Part shown: piece after piece, positions 1 to 10,036 of the stretch
Position numbering within the stretch: the stretch's first letter is position 1
Layout: each line of letters opens with the position of its first letter
From: an uncultured cyanobacterium
GTDB lineage: Bacteria > Cyanobacteriota > Cyanobacteriia > PCC-6307 > Cyanobiaceae
NCBI GenBank assembly: GCA_963697335.1
Contig: CAVONQ010000018.1
Coordinates: 1-64,000 of the forward strand
Length of the DNA: 64,000 nucleotides
Direction of reading: 5' to 3'
Notes under the pieces: model-generated
The model's input: the letters and a program-made list of their open reading frames with translations, nothing else
Told to the model about the DNA's origin: nothing
Database searches by the model: none
Made by a program: the position numbers and the translations under genes

Positions 1-1516
1 AGGGGCTGCAGCGTGGTGCCGGGGTAGTAGCGGCCCAGGATCCGCTGCAGGGTCCAGCCCCGCCGGGCCAGGTCGATGGCTCCAGCCTGGGAAAGGCCGG
101 CTCCGTGCCCGAAGCCGCCGCCATCGAAGCGCCAGCTGCCGGCACCGCTGGGGGCCACCACGAACAGGGTGCTCGGCAACTGGCGAGGGGTGCGGCGGAT
201 CGCATCCAGCCGCAGCACGGTGGAGCCGCCGCTGCCCTGGATGCCCAGGGCCAGCACCCGTCCGCTCACACCCCGCTCCAGCACCGACACGGTCTGGGGC
301 GTGGCGTGCCGAGCTGGGGCGCGGTGGCCCGCAGGGCCTGGCCGAGCTGGGCGGCCGTGAGGGTGCGGCTCCAGCGGAAGCGCGGGTGGTCGGCCCCGTA
401 GAGGGCCGAGCCCCCCGAGAGCAGGGCCGGCAGTTCGGGCGGGAGCCAGGGGCAGTGGAAAGCGGGCCTGCAGGGCCTCAGGGCCGTCCAGATTGGGCTT
501 CAGGTAGGGGAGGGGAGGCCCGCTCCAGACCTCCTCGAAGCCAGCCGCCACGCCGCCGTTGGTGGCGTGATACACCGCATGAATGGGCTCCCCCTGCCAG
601 CTCAGCACCTGGGAGCGGGTGGCCGCGATGGCCTGGCGCACCGCTGCACCGGCCAGGCGCGGATGGCGGCATAGACCTGGCACTGGGTATCGGCGCAGAG
701 GTGGTAGCCGTCCACCTGGAAGCGGATCTGGTTGCGCAGGGCCCAGGTGCGGGCCAGCACGGCCTGGGCAGCGAGGGCGGCAGGCGGGGAGCCGGCACCG
801 ATCTCGTGGGGCACCACCCCCTGGAGATAGCGCTCCACGGGAACCTCCTCCACAAGCGCCCAGCTGCCATAGGCATCGGGCTGGAGCCCGGAACGGCCCC
901 GGAACAGGCCGCCTTTCCAGAGCAGCCCGCCCGGGGTCTCCAGCCGCACGGGGCCCTCCATCAGCACGGGGCCATCGTCACGGCGCAGCTCCAGCACCGG
1001 CCGTTGGCTGAGGGTCTGCTCAAAGCGCCGGGCCGGGCCGAGGTCCTCCGGCAGGGGCGCCCCCAGGGGCGCCCACACCTCCCACTCGCGCGGATTGGCG
1101 ATCAGGGGGGCAACCCCAGCGGCACGCCAGCGGCTGGCGGCCTCCTCGGCGCTCTCGAAGCTGGCGAAGGGGCCCAGCACCTGGCGGCGGATCTGCAGCG
1201 GCGGCTGCACCGGCACGGTGCGCCAGTGCAGCACCAGGCGCGGCGAGCTGTAGCGGGCACCGGTTGCGGTGACCAGTGTCATCAGGCCACCGCCGCTGCG
1301 CAGCTCCAGGGGGGTCGTGCTGCTGAGCCGGGGGGCCAGGCCGACCCACAGCACCGGCTTGGCGGGGTCGATCCGGGTGGTGGTGGAACCGGCCAGCCCA
1401 GCGTCGCCTGGGGGGGGGCGGGGCGAGGGCTCGGCCCGGCAGCCCGTGCCCACTAGCAGGGCAACGGCCGAGAGGCTGGAGAGCGCCAGGCGGCGCAGGG
1501 ATGGGGTGGCGGACAT
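1..1516 (-). CDS. SpoIID/LytB domain protein (runs off window start; apparent frameshift near 670)
   Basis: YLQGVVPHEIG, ALAAQAVLARTWAL and CADTQCQVY in the 602..1606 frame. YHATNGG and GGGFGHGAGLSQAGA...RYYPGT follow in another frame. Lipoprotein-like N-terminus from ATG 1516. Confidence 0.85.
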
Positions 1517-1599
1517 CGGCTGGGGCGGACGGCAGGAGGAGCTTGGAGGATGGCGGGGCCAGGTCGTAGGGTGATTGTTTGTGCCCGCGCCGGGGAGAC

Positions 1600-1796
1600 A
1601 TGCCAAAGCTCAAGACCCGCAGAGCAGCCGCCAAGCGGTTCAAGGCCACCGGCACCGGCAAGTTCATGCGTCGCCGGGCCTTCCACAACCACCTGCTCGA
1701 TCACAAGAGCCCGAAGCGCAAGCGCTACCTGGGGCGATGGCCGTCGTCGACGAGCGCGACGCCGACAACGTCAAGGGCATGCTGCCCTACGCCTGA
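1600..1796 (+). CDS. rpmI: 50S ribosomal protein L35 (1-nt frameshift in G-run at ~1731-1734)
   Basis: [22 protein letters not shown]... joins [19 protein letters not shown] in an adjacent frame; GGAG upstream. Confidence 0.95.
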
Positions 1797-1847
1797 GGGC
1801 ACAGGCCACCCTTCCGCCCTCTGTTCATCTCCACCTGATTCCCTGCC

Positions 1848-2196
1848 ATGGCTCGCGTCAAGAGGGGCAACGTTGCCCGTAAACGCCGCAATAAAATTCT
1901 GAGATTCGCCCGCGAGCTTCCGCGGCGGCAATGGCTCCCTCTTCCGCACCGCCAACCAGCGGGTGATGAAGGCCCTCTGCAATGCCTACCGGGACCGTCG
2001 CCGCCGCAAGCGCGATTTCCGCCGCCTCTGGATCGCCCGGATCAACGCCGCGGCCCGGATCAACGGCGTCAGCTACAGCCGCCTGATGGGTGGCCTCAAG
2101 AAGGCCGACGTGCGCCTGAACCGCAAAATGCTGGCCCAGCTGGCCGTGGTCGACCCCGCCAGCTTCAGCAGCGTCGTCGGCTCCGCCCAGGCCTGA
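1848..2196 (+). CDS. rplT: 50S ribosomal protein L20 (frameshift near 1915)
   Basis: [19 protein letters not shown] joins ...[23 protein letters not shown]...[11 protein letters not shown]; follows rpmI. Confidence 0.95.
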
Positions 2197-2236
2197 TCGT
2201 CGACGACCCGATCCCACCTCCCAGCCCCGGCGCCCC

Positions 2237-2785
2237 TTGGACACCTTGCTTCCCCAGGCCTATCTGATCGGCCTGGGGTCGTCTTGCTCTGCGTCGCCGC
2301 CGTGGTGGTGGCGCGCCAGTTCTGGAAGGTGCGCCAGGACGAGGTGACCCTGGCCCGCCTCGAACGCCAGGGCAATCAAGCCAACAAGACGGAGGCCAGC
2401 GATGCCGCCAGCTTCTATGAGCTCGGCTCGGTGCAGCTGCGCAAGCGGCTGTTCGGCCAAGCGGTGGAGAGTCTCAGCGAGGCCCGCGGGGTGGCCACGG
2501 CGGAGGAGGCCCCTGAGGAGGCTGTGGCCCTGATCGAAAACGCCCTTGGCTTCGCCTTGGCGGCCCAGAACAACTACAAGCTGGCCCTCAAGCACTACCG
2601 CGCTGCCCTCAAGGCCAAGCCCGATTACCCGGTGGCCTCGACAACCTCGCCTATGCCCTGGAAAAGGTGCAGGACCCCGAACAGGCTCGCGCCACTTATC
2701 AAAAGGTGCTCGAACTGGACAGCGGCAACCGCACAGCCCTCAAACGTCTGAACAGGCTGGAACGCACCCAGGAACGGCGGCCTGA
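2237..2785 (+). CDS. Membrane-anchored TPR protein, Ycf37-like (frameshifts near 2277, 2640 and 2772)
   Basis: N-terminal TM helix; YELGSVQLRKRLF, NALGFALAAQNNY and PDYPVA.NNLAYA TPR motifs spread over several frames. Confidence 0.75.
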
Positions 2786-2797
2786 GGGCCGCCAAAA

Positions 2798-3397
2798 TCA
2801 CCACAGGCCTCGAACGGGCCCACTCGGGCTGAACTCGGGGCTTTGGAGGGCTGGACTGGGGCTGCATCTCCAGCCGCCCCCCCGCATTGGTGAGCCGCGG
2901 GGCATTCCAGCCCGCCAGCGTCAGGCCCTGCTGGCCCGAGAACATGCCGCCCATCTCCAGGCCGCCCACATTGCAGCGGCAGAGCAGGATCAGGTCGAGC
3001 TGGTCAGACTCGGCATTGAGGTTGCCCTGCACCTGCGTCGATGCGCCGTTGATGGTCATGGTGCCGCGCAGATCCACGATCTGACCCACCGCTCTCACCT
3101 CGGAGAGACTCAGGGCGGCGGGCACGACCTCGCTGCCCCCGAAGGCCTGGTAGGTGCCCACCCAGGACCTGGGGATCTCCCGCACCAGCAGCTCAGCCCG
3201 ACCAACCGGATCAAAGGTCTCGACACTGCTGTCGCGCGGTTCGTCCCCCGTGTCGCTGAACCCGACAGGGAGGCTGAAGGGAAGAAAGCTGTCACTGCCG
3301 AAAGGTCTGAGCCGCCACGGGCGCGGCCGTGAAGGGCAGGGCTGTGAAGGGGCAGCGCGGCAAGGGGCAGGGCCGTCAACAGGAGCGTTCGAAGCAC
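2798..3397 (-). CDS. Conserved hypothetical secreted protein (frameshifted)
   Basis: Signal-like MLRTLLLTALPLAAL; core REIPRSWVGTYQ...GNLNAESDQLDL; probable C-terminus GPVRGLW* in another frame. Confidence 0.55.
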
Positions 3398-3432
3398 GGC
3401 AGGGCCAGAGTTAATGGGAGGCTAGAGCCATT

Positions 3433-4317
3433 GTGAGCCATACGCCGGAAGCCATCGTGGTGCCCAACCCATCCGGGATTCCCCTCTCCGCCAGCGCCGC
3501 AGCGCCCGGCGACCCTGCCGCTGGCAGTGACGACCTGCTGATCGGCGGGCGCCACTTCCACAGTCGGCTGATGACCGGCACGGGCAAGACCCCGATCTCG
3601 CCACCATGCAGGCCAGCCTGGAGCGCAGCGACTGCGCCATCGTCACCGTGGCGGTGCGCCGGGTGCAGAGCGGCGCGCCGGGCCACGGCGGCCTGATGCA
3701 GGCGATCGACTGGCAGCGCATCTGGATGCTGCCGAACACCGCCGGCTGCGCCACCGCCGAGGAAGCGGTGCGGGTGGCCCGGCTCGGGCGGGAGTCGGCC
3801 AAGCTGGCGGGGCAGGAGGACAACAGCTTCGTGAAGCTGGAGGTGATTCCCGACAGCCGCCACCTGCTGCCCGATCCTTTCGGCACCCTGGAGGCGGCCG
3901 AGCAACTGGTGAAGGAGGGCTTCACAGTGCTGCCGTACATCAATGCCGACCCGCTGCTGGCCAAGCGCCTGGAGGAGGTGGGCGGCCGCCACGGTGATGC
4001 CGCTGGCCTCACCGATCGGCTCCGGCCAGGGCATTCGCAATGGCGCCAACATCGCCCTGATCATCGAGAACGCGACCGTGCCGGTGGTGGTGGACGCGGG
4101 CATCGGTGTGCCCAGCGAAGCGGCCGAGGCCATGGAGATGGGAGCCGACGCCCTGCTGATCAACAGCGCCATCGCCCTGGCCGGGAACCCACCCCTGATG
4201 GCCCAGGCCATGGCCCAGGCCTGCCAGGCCGGACGCATGGCCTTTCAAGCCGGACGGCTGCCGCGGCGCCCCCAGGCCAGCCCCAGCTCCCCCGGCCAGG
4301 GGCGCGTGGGCAGCTGA
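3433..4317 (+). CDS. thiG: Thiazole synthase (frameshifts near 3590 and 3985)
   Basis: [41 protein letters not shown] and [13 protein letters not shown] split over three frames. Confidence 0.93.
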
Positions 4318-4424
4318 TCGCCCTTCCGCCGGGTGCTGCATGAACTTCCGTTGACGTTCTGGCCACGGTGGCCTGACAGCCGGGTCTGCTCTCCATAAGG
4401 TGAGCGCCCCTAGAGCCCAGGTCC

Positions 4425-4595
4425 ATGCAGGTCACCGAAGAAGACGGCGGCAAGCTCAATGCCTTCGCCCGGGAGCCCCGCATGGTGGTGATGGAGGAGG
4501 GCGAGCGCAGCAGCAGCCAGTCGCGGTTGCTGCTGATCGGCGGGGCCGTTCTGGTGCTGGCCCTGGTGGTGGTGGCCGTGGGGATCAGCGGCTGA
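4425..4595 (+). CDS. Ssl1498/Psb34-like small single-TM protein, 56 aa (not in ORF track)
   Basis: Hand translation: MQVTEEDGGKLNAFAREPRMVV...LLLIGGAVLVLALVVVAVGISG*; G.LN.FA.EP motif plus C-terminal TM helix. Confidence 0.8.
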   Translation: MQVTEEDGGKLNAFAREPRMVVMEEGERSSSQSRLLLIGGAVLVLALVVVAVGISG

Positions 4596-4682
4596 GAGCG
4601 CCGGAACGCCTGTAGTAGCTTGCCCCGATGAGCGACAGCTCGTCCTGAAGGGGTCTGGGGTTTTCGGAATGCAGGTTTCGGA

Positions 4683-5875
4683 ATGAAGGTGTTCGTTCTC
4701 GGTGGCGATGGCTTCTGCGGCTGGCCCTGCGCGGTCAACCTGGCGGATGCCGGCCACGATGTGGTGATCGTCGACAACCTGAGCCGGCGCAAGATCGACG
4801 TGGACCTGGAGGTCGAGTCGCTGACGCCGATCGCCACCATCAGCGAGCGCCTGCGGGCCTGGGAGCAGGTGGGGGTCGGGCGATCCGCTTCGTGCGGATG
4901 GACATCGCCCAGGAGTACACCCGCCTGCTCGACCTGCTGCGCGATGAGCGCCCCACCGCCGTGGTGCACTTCGCCGAGCAGAGGGCAGCCCCCTACTCGA
5001 TGAAGTCCAGCGCCACCAAGCGCTACACCGTGGACAACAACGTCAACGGCACCCACAACCTGCTGGCCGCGATCGTGGAGAGCGGCCTCGACATTCACAT
5101 CGTGCACCTGGGCACAATGGGGGTGTACGGCTATGGCTCGCACCGGGGCGCCACGATTCCCGAGGGCTACCTCACGGTTGAGGTGCCCCAGCCGGATGGC
5201 AGCCGCTTCACCGAAAAGATCCTGCACCCTGCCAGCCCCGGCAGTGTGTACCACATGACCAAGACTCTGGATCAGTTGCTGTTCCTCTACTACAACAAAA
5301 ACGACCAGGTCCGCATCACCGATCTGCACCAGGGCATTGTCTGGGGCACCAACACGGAGCTCACTGAAAGGGATCCACGTCTCACCAATCGCTTCGACTA
5401 CGACGGCGATTACGGCACGGTGTTGAACCGCTTTCTGATGCAGGCCGCCATCGGCTACCCGCTCACGGTGCACGGCACCGGCGGCCAGACCCGCGCCTTC
5501 ATTCACATCCGCGACTCCGTGCGCTGTGTGCAGCTGGCCCTGGAGCACCCGCCGGCCCTGGGCGAGAAGGTGAAGATCTTCAACCAGATGACCGAGAGCC
5601 ACCAGGTGGGCGAGCTGGCCCGCAAGGTGTCGTCCCTCACCAACGCCGAGATCACCTACCTGCCCAACCCGCGCAATGAGGCCGTGGAGAACGACCTGAT
5701 CGTGGACAACCGCTGCTTCATCGAGCTGGGCCTCAACCCCACCACCCTCGACGACGGTCTGATGGCCGAAGTGGTGGATGTGGCCCGCCGCTGGGCTGAC
5801 CGGTGCGACCGCAGCCGGATCCCCTGCGTGTCGGCCTGGACCACCACCCAGGCCCAGGCCATCCAGACCGTCTGA
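4683..5875 (+). CDS. sqdB: UDP-sulfoquinovose synthase (frameshift in G-run near 4871-4875)
   Basis: VLGGDGFCGWP, HFAEQRAAPYSM, HLGTMGVYG, GSVYHMTK and RFDYDGDYGTVLNRF. Confidence 0.93.
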
Positions 5876-5933
5876 TCCAGACGTCCTAATCGAGACTGCC
5901 TGATCCAGCTCTCCCCCCTGCGGCACCCGAGCC

Positions 5934-7082
5934 TTGAAGATCGCCTTCTTCACCGAGACCTTCCTGCCCAAGGTCGACGGGATTGTGACCCGCCTGACCA
6001 AGACGGTGCAGCACCTGGTGGAGCTGGGGGATGAGGTGCTGATCTTCTGCCCGGAGGGCGCTCCGGCCGATTACATGGGTGCCCGGGTGGAGGGGGTGCC
6101 GGCCATGCCCCTGCCCCTCTATCCGGAGCTGAAGCTGGCCCTGCCCCGCCCCGCTGTGGCGGAGGCCCTCGAGGAGTTCCAGCCCGATCTGGTGCATGTG
6201 GTTAACCCGGCCGTGCTCGGCCTGGGCGGCATCTGGCTGGCCAAGACGAAGGGCTATCCGCTCATCGCCAGTTACCACACCCACCTGCCCAAGTATCTGG
6301 AGCACTACGGCATGGGCATGCTGGAACCCCTGCTGTGGGAACTGCTCAAGGCCGCCCACAACCAGGCCAGCCTCAACCTCTGCACCTCCAGCGCCATGGT
6401 GCAGGAGCTGAGCGAGAAGGGGATCCAGAACACCGATCTCTGGCAGCGAGGCGTGGACACCGAGCTGTTCCGACCTGAATGGCGCAGTCAGGCCACGCGG
6501 GAGCAGTTGCTGGGCGGCCACAGCGACACCGGCAAGCTGCTGCTCTACATCGGCCGGCTCTCCGCCGAGAAGCAGATCGAGCGCATCCGCCCGGTGCTCG
6601 AGGCCATGCCCGAAGCCCGCCTGGCCCTGGTGGGGGACGGCCCCCACCGCCAGGCCCTGGAGAAGGTGTTCGCCGGCACCGCCACCACCTTCGTGGGCTA
6701 CCTGGCCGGCGAGGCCCTGGCCAGCGCCTATGCCAGCGGCGATGCCTTCGTGTTCCCGAGCAGCACCGAAACCCTCGGCCTGGTGTTGCTGGAGGCCATG
6801 GCGGCCGGCTGCCCGGTGGTGGGGGCGAACCGCGGCGGCATTCCGGACATCGTGAGCGATGGCGTCAACGGCTGCCTGTATGAGCCGGATGGCACCGATG
6901 GCGGCGCCGCCAGTCTGGCGGCGGCCGTGGGGCGGCTGCTGGGGGATCCAGGCGAGCGCCAGCTGCTGCGCCAGGCGGCCCGCAGCGAGGCGGAGCGCTG
7001 GGGCTGGGCCTCCGCCACCCAGCAGCTGCGCGGCTTCTACTGCCGCCTGCTGGAGCGGCCCCAGCTGCAGCTGGTGGCCTGA
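5934..7082 (+). CDS. sqdX: Sulfolipid synthase, GT4 glycosyltransferase
   Basis: MKIAFFTETFLPKVDGIVTRL and ETLGLVLLEAMAAG; directly after sqdB. Confidence 0.92.
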   Translation: MKIAFFTETFLPKVDGIVTRLTKTVQHLVELGDEVLIFCPEGAPADYMGARVEGVPAMPLPLYPELKLALPRPAVAEALEEFQPDLVHVVNPAVLGLGGIWLAKTKGYPLIASYHTHLPKYLEHYGMGMLEPLLWELLKAAHNQASLNLCTSSAMVQELSEKGIQNTDLWQRGVDTELFRPEWRSQATREQLLGGHSDTGKLLLYIGRLSAEKQIERIRPVLEAMPEARLALVGDGPHRQALEKVFAGTATTFVGYLAGEALASAYASGDAFVFPSSTETLGLVLLEAMAAGCPVVGANRGGIPDIVSDGVNGCLYEPDGTDGGAASLAAAVGRLLGDPGERQLLRQAARSEAERWGWASATQQLRGFYCRLLERPQLQLVA

Positions 7083-7123
7083 GCCGTTCAGCAACCTGAG
7101 CCTGGGCGGACTCGGTCACGGGC

Positions 7124-8866
7124 TCAGTCGGTCCGGGAGCTGCCGCGGAACCAGGTGGTCATCAGGGCCTTCACCATCGGCGCCGCCACCGTGCCGCCAT
7201 AGCCGCCCGAATTCTCGCCGAAGGCCACGATCACCAGGCTGGGCTTGTCAGCTGGCGCATAGCCTCCGAACCAGGCGTGGTCCGGCCGGGGGGGGTCCTC
7301 GCCGGTGCCTGTCTTGCCGGCCACCGGCGGCAGGCTCGGATCGTTGAGCAACCGCGCCGTGCCCTCGGTGACAACCATGCGCAGGCCCTTCTGCAGCACG
7401 GCCACGGTGGCGGGCTTGAGGCCGATGCGGGTGCGGGTGGGCGGCTTCTCCACCAGGTGCGGGGTCACCAGCCAGCCGCCATTGGCCACGGCCGCATAGA
7501 GACGCGCCATCTGCAGCGGCGTCACCAGCAGGGCCCCCTGGCCGATCGAGGAAGTGATCGTGTCCACGGGGGTCCAGGGCTCATCGAGCACCTTGCGCTT
7601 CCAGGCCTGGTCCCCCAGCAGCCCCCCGGTTTCCTCATCGCTCAGCTCGATGCCGGTGGGGCTGCCGAAGCCCAGCCGTCGCGCCGTGCGGAACAGGGCA
7701 TCGGGGCCGATCTTCAGGCCGGCCCGGTAGTAGAAGGTGTTGCTGCTCACCGCAAGGGCAAAGGGGAAGCCCACGAGCCCATGGGCGCCATGGTCGCGGT
7801 AGCAGAGGCCGGCGTAGCAAAAGGAGCTGGTGGTGAGCACCTTGTCGTTGGGGCCGTAGACCCCCGACTCCAGGGCCGCCGCGGTGGTGACCACCTTGAA
7901 GGTGCTGGCGGGGGGAAACCCCTGGAAGGCGCGGTTCAGCAAGGGCGCCTCCGGGCCGTTGAGGGCGGCCCATTCCTGGCTCGACGGCGCCGGCGAGAAC
8001 ACGTTGGGATCAAAGGCCGGCCGGCTGGCCATTGCCCGGATCGCGCCAGTCTCGGGATCCATCGCCACGATGGCGCCCTTGCGCACCGAGTCGAGCGCCC
8101 GCTCCGCGGCCTGCTGCAGGGGCAGATCCAAGGTGAGCCGCAGGTCCTTGCCTGCCTGGGCCGGCTTGTCGCCGAGCACCCGCTGCACCTGGCCAGCGGC
8201 ATTCACCTCCACCTGCTGGCCGCCCCACTGGCCGCGCAGATGGGATTCGAAGGCACTCTCCAGGCCCGTGCGGCCCACCCGATCACGGATGCGGTAACCC
8301 TTGTCGCGCTTGCGCTCGTATTCCTCTTCGGTGATGCCGCTGGTGTAACCGAGCACGTGGGCCGCCAGGCGGCCATGGGGATAGCTGCGCAGCACGTCCA
8401 CATCCACCTCCGCACCGCGCAGCTCACTGGCCTGTTCGCGAAAGCGCAGCACCTGCTCAGCCGCCAGGCCCTCCGCCAGGGTGATCCGGAAGCCCTCGGC
8501 GTTGCTGCCACTGCTGCGTTTCTGGTCAAGGGTGAGGGGATTGAGCTTCAGCAGCGCAGCCAAGGCGTCCCGCAGGGGCGGCCATTGGGCGTCAGACACC
8601 TCCCGGGGCTGGATGTAGAGGTTGTAGGTGAGCCGACTGGTGGCGAGCACCTGGCCCTGGCGATCGAGCAGACGGCCGCGGATCGGGCTGCGCGGCATCA
8701 GCCGGATGCGGTTCTGGTCGGCCCGCTCGCGGTTCTCAACGCCATGCACCAGCTGGAGCCAGGCCAGCCTCGACACCATGGCACCGCTGCACAGCACCAC
8801 CACCAGCAGCAGCAGCAACGGCTGCTGGCCCATGCCGCTGTGGCGGCCTGCGTGACCGTAGGCCAT
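7124..8866 (-). CDS. mrdA: Penicillin-binding protein 2
   Basis: RGRLLDR, STFK (SxxK), SSN (SxN) and KTGT motifs; N-terminal TM helix. Confidence 0.9.
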   Translation of the reverse strand: MAYGHAGRHSGMGQQPLLLLLVVVLCSGAMVSRLAWLQLVHGVENRERADQNRIRLMPRSPIRGRLLDRQGQVLATSRLTYNLYIQPREVSDAQWPPLRDALAALLKLNPLTLDQKRSSGSNAEGFRITLAEGLAAEQVLRFREQASELRGAEVDVDVLRSYPHGRLAAHVLGYTSGITEEEYERKRDKGYRIRDRVGRTGLESAFESHLRGQWGGQQVEVNAAGQVQRVLGDKPAQAGKDLRLTLDLPLQQAAERALDSVRKGAIVAMDPETGAIRAMASRPAFDPNVFSPAPSSQEWAALNGPEAPLLNRAFQGFPPASTFKVVTTAAALESGVYGPNDKVLTTSSFCYAGLCYRDHGAHGLVGFPFALAVSSNTFYYRAGLKIGPDALFRTARRLGFGSPTGIELSDEETGGLLGDQAWKRKVLDEPWTPVDTITSSIGQGALLVTPLQMARLYAAVANGGWLVTPHLVEKPPTRTRIGLKPATVAVLQKGLRMVVTEGTARLLNDPSLPPVAGKTGTGEDPPRPDHAWFGGYAPADKPSLVIVAFGENSGGYGGTVAAPMVKALMTTWFRGSSRTD

Positions 8867-8868
8867 GG

Positions 8869-9261
8869 CTAGGGGGTCTCCCCATCCGGGGCCAGCCGCA
8901 ACTCCAGCAGCCGCAGGCTCTCCGCCACAGAAGCGAGGCGGCGCTGGAGTTCCGCAGGATCGCTGGCCGCCTGAGCGCTGGCTGGATCGGCCCGATCGGC
9001 GGGATCCACATCCCGCACACTCACCTTCATCACCGGATTGCCGAGTCCGGGGCTGACCCGATCGAGCTGCTCACGCACCTGGCTGGCAGCCTGCTCGCCC
9101 TCCTGGCGCAGCTGGGCCAGGGGATCGGCGCTGGAGCCATCAAAGGCGGCGATCAGCTCCTGGGGGCCGCCCTTGCGCACCCGATCCACGGCGGCCAGGC
9201 CCAGGGGCAGCATGTCCTGCATCAGGGTGAGCCGCAGGCTGTCGAGAGGATCGGCGGCCAT
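8869..9261 (-). CDS. Conserved hypothetical protein
   Basis: MAADPLDSLRLTLMQD...VSPGLGNPVM; tightly packed upstream of mrdA. Confidence 0.7.
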   Translation of the reverse strand: MAADPLDSLRLTLMQDMLPLGLAAVDRVRKGGPQELIAAFDGSSADPLAQLRQEGEQAASQVREQLDRVSPGLGNPVMKVSVRDVDPADRADPASAQAASDPAELQRRLASVAESLRLLELRLAPDGETP

Positions 9262-9348
9262 GGACGGAAAGCAACGGTCTTCCCCCACTCTGCCGCGCCC
9301 ACTACCCCTGACGGAGCCCTGGGTCCAGCAGCATCTTGGGACCAGGGC

Positions 9349-9978
9349 CTACGGCATGGGGTTGGCCTGCCGAGCCGGCACGCCGGGATCCACGACCACC
9401 TGACGGCAGGCCTGCTGACTGCCCCACCACCAGCCGGCCCCCACACTCAGCACCACCGCCATGGCCGCCGGCACCAGGGCCTGGCGGGTCACCTCCAGGC
9501 CGATCCACTCGCCCCAGGCCCGCAGGGTGCGGTCGCGGTCGAAGCGGCGCCGCTCCTTGAGCTCCTCCTGCTGACGGCGCCGCAGGGCCCGGCCCACCCA
9601 GCGCTCGAAGGCCCGCTTCTTGGTCACGGCCATCTTGCGCTCCACTTCGAGCAGCTGGCCGGCGGTGAGATCGGGGTTGAAGGTGCTGATCAGCTCCAGG
9701 GTCTTGAGGAACATCTCCACGGAGCCCTCCTTGGCCAGCCGCTCCTGGGGATCCAGTTGCTCCCAGTTGAGCTCCGGGTAGAAGCGGCCGCGGTTGGCGG
9801 TGATCTGCTCCTCCGGCAGCTGACCGGGCTCCCGCAGCCAGCGGTCGGTGTTGGCATCGAAGCGACGCCAGTAGAGGAAGGGGTTGAGGTAGATCGTCCT
9901 GCCACCCAACAGGATGCTGTCCTGCTGCAGCTTGCGCTGCAGGTCTGGATCGCTGGATGTCGCAGGAGCGGCCGTCAC
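9349..9978 (-). CDS. Conserved hypothetical protein with C-terminal TM helix
   Basis: IYLNPFLYWRRFDANTDRWLREPGQ; coding-like composition. Confidence 0.75.
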   Translation of the reverse strand: MTAAPATSSDPDLQRKLQQDSILLGGRTIYLNPFLYWRRFDANTDRWLREPGQLPEEQITANRGRFYPELNWEQLDPQERLAKEGSVEMFLKTLELISTFNPDLTAGQLLEVERKMAVTKKRAFERWVGRALRRRQQEELKERRRFDRDRTLRAWGEWIGLEVTRQALVPAAMAVVLSVGAGWWWGSQQACRQVVVDPGVPARQANPMP

Positions 9979-10036
9979 GGTGGAGCAGGCTGGGGGCCCC
10001 GAGGGTAACGGAGGCCTCCCGGCCAGGCCAGCGGGG

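Noticed and set aside
1600..4900. Programmed ribosomal frameshifting or true pseudogenisation of rpmI, rplT, thiG and sqdB
   Set aside because: No shared slippery motif, essential genes are hit and the breaks are positionally clustered, which fits sequencing error.
4160..6001. Long antisense and alternate-frame ORFs (also 7277-8872, 10412-11941, 26894-28867, 48719-50920, 52901-54700)
   Set aside because: Shadow ORFs expected opposite high-GC3 genes; no recognisable motifs.
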